Positions 61,901 to 64,000 of a DNA stretch of 64,000 nucleotides are shown piece by piece. A program made the translations under genes and the position numbers. Source of the DNA: Eledone cirrhosa (taxonomy: Eukaryota); assembly GCA_964016885.1 (NCBI GenBank), contig OZ024755.1, positions 38,874,001 through 38,938,000 on the forward strand, read 5' to 3'. The notes under the pieces are model-generated. The model did not search any database, was not told the origin of the DNA, and saw nothing but the letters and a program-made list of their open reading frames with translations. The stretch's first letter is position 1. Each line of letters opens with the position of its first letter.

Positions 61901-64000
61901 GTCACACTAAAGTGTCTTGTATTGGAGTGTCTCACTAAAGTGTCTAGTATTGGGGTGTCACACTAAAGTGTCTTGTATTGGGGTGTCTCACTAAAGTGTC
62001 TTGTATGGGGGTGTCTCACCTAAATGTCTTGTATTGGGGTGTCTCACTAAAGTGTCTTGTATTGAGGGTGTCTTACTAAAGTGTCTTGTATAGAGGTGTC
62101 TCACTAAAGTGTCTTGGGTTGGGGTGTCTCACTAAAGTGTCTTGTATTGGGGTGTCTCACTAAATGTCTTGTATTGGGGTGTCTCACTAAATTGTCTTGT
62201 AATGGGGTGTCTCGCTAAAGGGTCTTGTAGTGGGGTGTCTCACTAAAGTGTCTTGTATTGGGGTGTCTCACTAAAGTGTCTTGTATTGGGGTGTCTCACT
62301 AAAGTGTCTTGTATTGGGGTGTCTCACTAAAGTGTCTTGTATTTGGGTGTCTCACTAAAATGTCTTGTATTGGGGTGTCTCACTAAAGTGTCTTGTATTG
62401 GGGTGTCTCACTAAAGTGTCTTGTATTGGGGTGTCTCACTAAAGTGTCTTGTATTGAGGTGTCTCACCTAAAGTGTCTTGTATTGAGGTGTCTCACCTAA
62501 AGTGTCTTGTATTGGGGTGTCTCACTAAAGTGTCTTGTATTGGGATGTCTCACTAAAGTGTCTTGTATTGAGGTGTCTCACTAAAGTGTTTTGTATTGAG
62601 GTGTCTCACCTAAAGTGTCTTGTATTGGGGTGTCTCACTAAAATGTCTTGTATTGGGGTGTCTCACTAAAGTGTCTTGTATTGGGGTGTCTCACTAAATT
62701 ATCTTGTATTGGGGTGTCTCACTAAAGTCTCTTTTATTGGGGTGTCTCACTAAAGTCTGTTGTATTGGGGTATCCTGTATTGGGGTGTCTCACTAAAGTG
62801 TCTTGTATTGGGGTGTCGCACTAAAATTTCTTGTATTGGGGTGTCACACTAAAGTGTCTTGTGTTGGGGGTGTCTCACTAAAGTCTCTTGTATTGGGGTG
62901 TCTCACTAAAGTGTCTTGTATTGGGGTGTCTCACTACAGTGTCTTGTATTGGGGTGTCTCACTAAAGTGTCTTGTATTGGGGTGTCTCACTAAAATGTCT
63001 TGTATTGGGGTGTCTCACTAAAGTGTCTTGCAGTGGGGTGTCTCACTAAAGTGTCTTGTATTGGGGTGTCTCACCTAAAGTGTCTTGTATTGGCGGTGTC
63101 TCACTAAAGTGTCTTGTATTGGCGGTGTCTCACTAAAGTGTCTTGTATTGGGGTATCTCACTAAAGTGTCTTGTATTGGGGTGTCCTGTATTGGGGTGTC
63201 TCACTAAAGTGTCTTGTATTGGGGTGTCTCACTAAAGTGTCTTGTATTGGTGTGTCTCACTAAAGTGTCTTCTATTGGGGTGTCACACTAAAGTGTCTTG
63301 TATTGGAGTGTCTCACTAAAGTGTCTAGTATTGGGGTGTCACACTAAAGTGTCTTGTATTGGGGTGTCACACTAAAGTGTCTTGTATTGGGGTGTCTCAC
63401 TGAATGTCTTGTATTGAGGTGTCTCACTAAAGTGTCTTGTATTGGGGTGTCTCGCTAAAGTGACTTGTAGTGGTGTGTCTCACTAAAGTGTCTTGTATTG
63501 GGGTGTCTCACTAAAGTGTCTTGTATTGGGGTGTCTCACTAAAGTGTCTTGTATTGGGGTGTCACACTAAAGTGTCTTGTATTGGGTGTCTCACTAAAGT
63601 GTCTTCTAATGCGGTGTCTCACTAAAGCCTCTTGTATTGCGGTGACTCACCTAAATGTCTTGTATTAGGGTGTCTCACTAAATGGTCTTGTATTGGGGTG
63701 TCTCACTAAAATGTCTTGTATTGGGGTGTCACACTAAAATGTCTTGTATTGGGGTGTCTCACTAAAGTGTCTTGTATTGGGGTGTCTCACTAAAGTGTCT
63801 TGTATTGGGGTGTCTCACTAAAGTGTCTTGTATTGGGGTGTCTCACTAAAGTGTCTTGTATTGGGGTGTCTCACTAAAGTGTCTTGTATTGGGGGTGTCT
63901 CACTAAAGTGTCTTGTATTGGGGTGTCTCACTAAAGTGTCTTGTATTGGGGGTGTCTCACTTAAGTGTCTTGTATTGGGGTGTCTCGCTAAAGTGTCTTG
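10964..64000. repeat. 28-bp tandem satellite (TCTCACTAAAGTGTCTTGTATTGGGGTG)n, ~53 kb, ~1,900 copies, running off the window end
   Basis: Continuous head-to-tail monomers in one orientation, with recurring 27-, 29- and 15-bp variants. No unique spacers or insertions were seen. The first monomers at ~10950-11010 are degenerate. Confidence 0.99.

Noticed and set aside
12572-63021. Many Cys/Gly/Leu/Val-rich ORFs (MYWGVSLKCLVLGCLTK...)
   Set aside because: These are translation artefacts of the satellite. A 28-bp unit places a TAA in each frame every 84 nt, and ORFs appear only where indels dodge it. They also start at TTG.
10964-64000. CRISPR array (28-bp repeat)
   Set aside because: Monomers are head-to-tail with no unique spacers, there are no cas genes, and the context is eukaryotic.
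10964-64000. Telomeric repeat or G-quadruplex array (TTGGGG in each unit)
   Set aside because: There is one hexamer per 28 bp and it is not tandem. The 24-nt loops between G-runs make a stable intramolecular G4 doubtful.

Overview
This is eukaryotic, repeat-derived DNA with no recognisable host gene. The SINE, LINE and microsatellite content resembles an octopus/cephalopod genome (inference from pattern recall). Bases 1 to ~10.95 kb are a mosaic of transposon remnants separated by (TA)n tracts: the 3' end of a Tx1-like LINE, tRNA-SINE-like repeats, an RTE-like endonuclease fragment, two non-autonomous Helitron-like elements, and a near full-length but frameshifted Penelope-like element (PLE). 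The PLE is Naiad-type (RT plus C-terminal GIY-YIG) and is bounded by ~165-bp inverted pseudo-LTRs. Bases ~10.96 kb to the end are one uninterrupted 28-bp satellite of ~1,900 copies with kb-scale segmental duplications. The most notable signal is a dense set of type-I hammerhead ribozyme motifs from about five sequence-distinct families within 10 kb. Two look complete (7490-7549 minus, 10371-10421 plus), a U3-A8 core variant sits in both PLE pLTRs, and several are partial. Several lie in fold-back (inverted) elements and share a short downstream motif, GTATYGAGTAC/TCGAGnnCTCT. This suggests a system of short non-coding ribozyme retroelements mobilised by Naiad-type PLEs. Ribozyme activity and family assignments are predictions from reading the sequence by eye and have not been tested.
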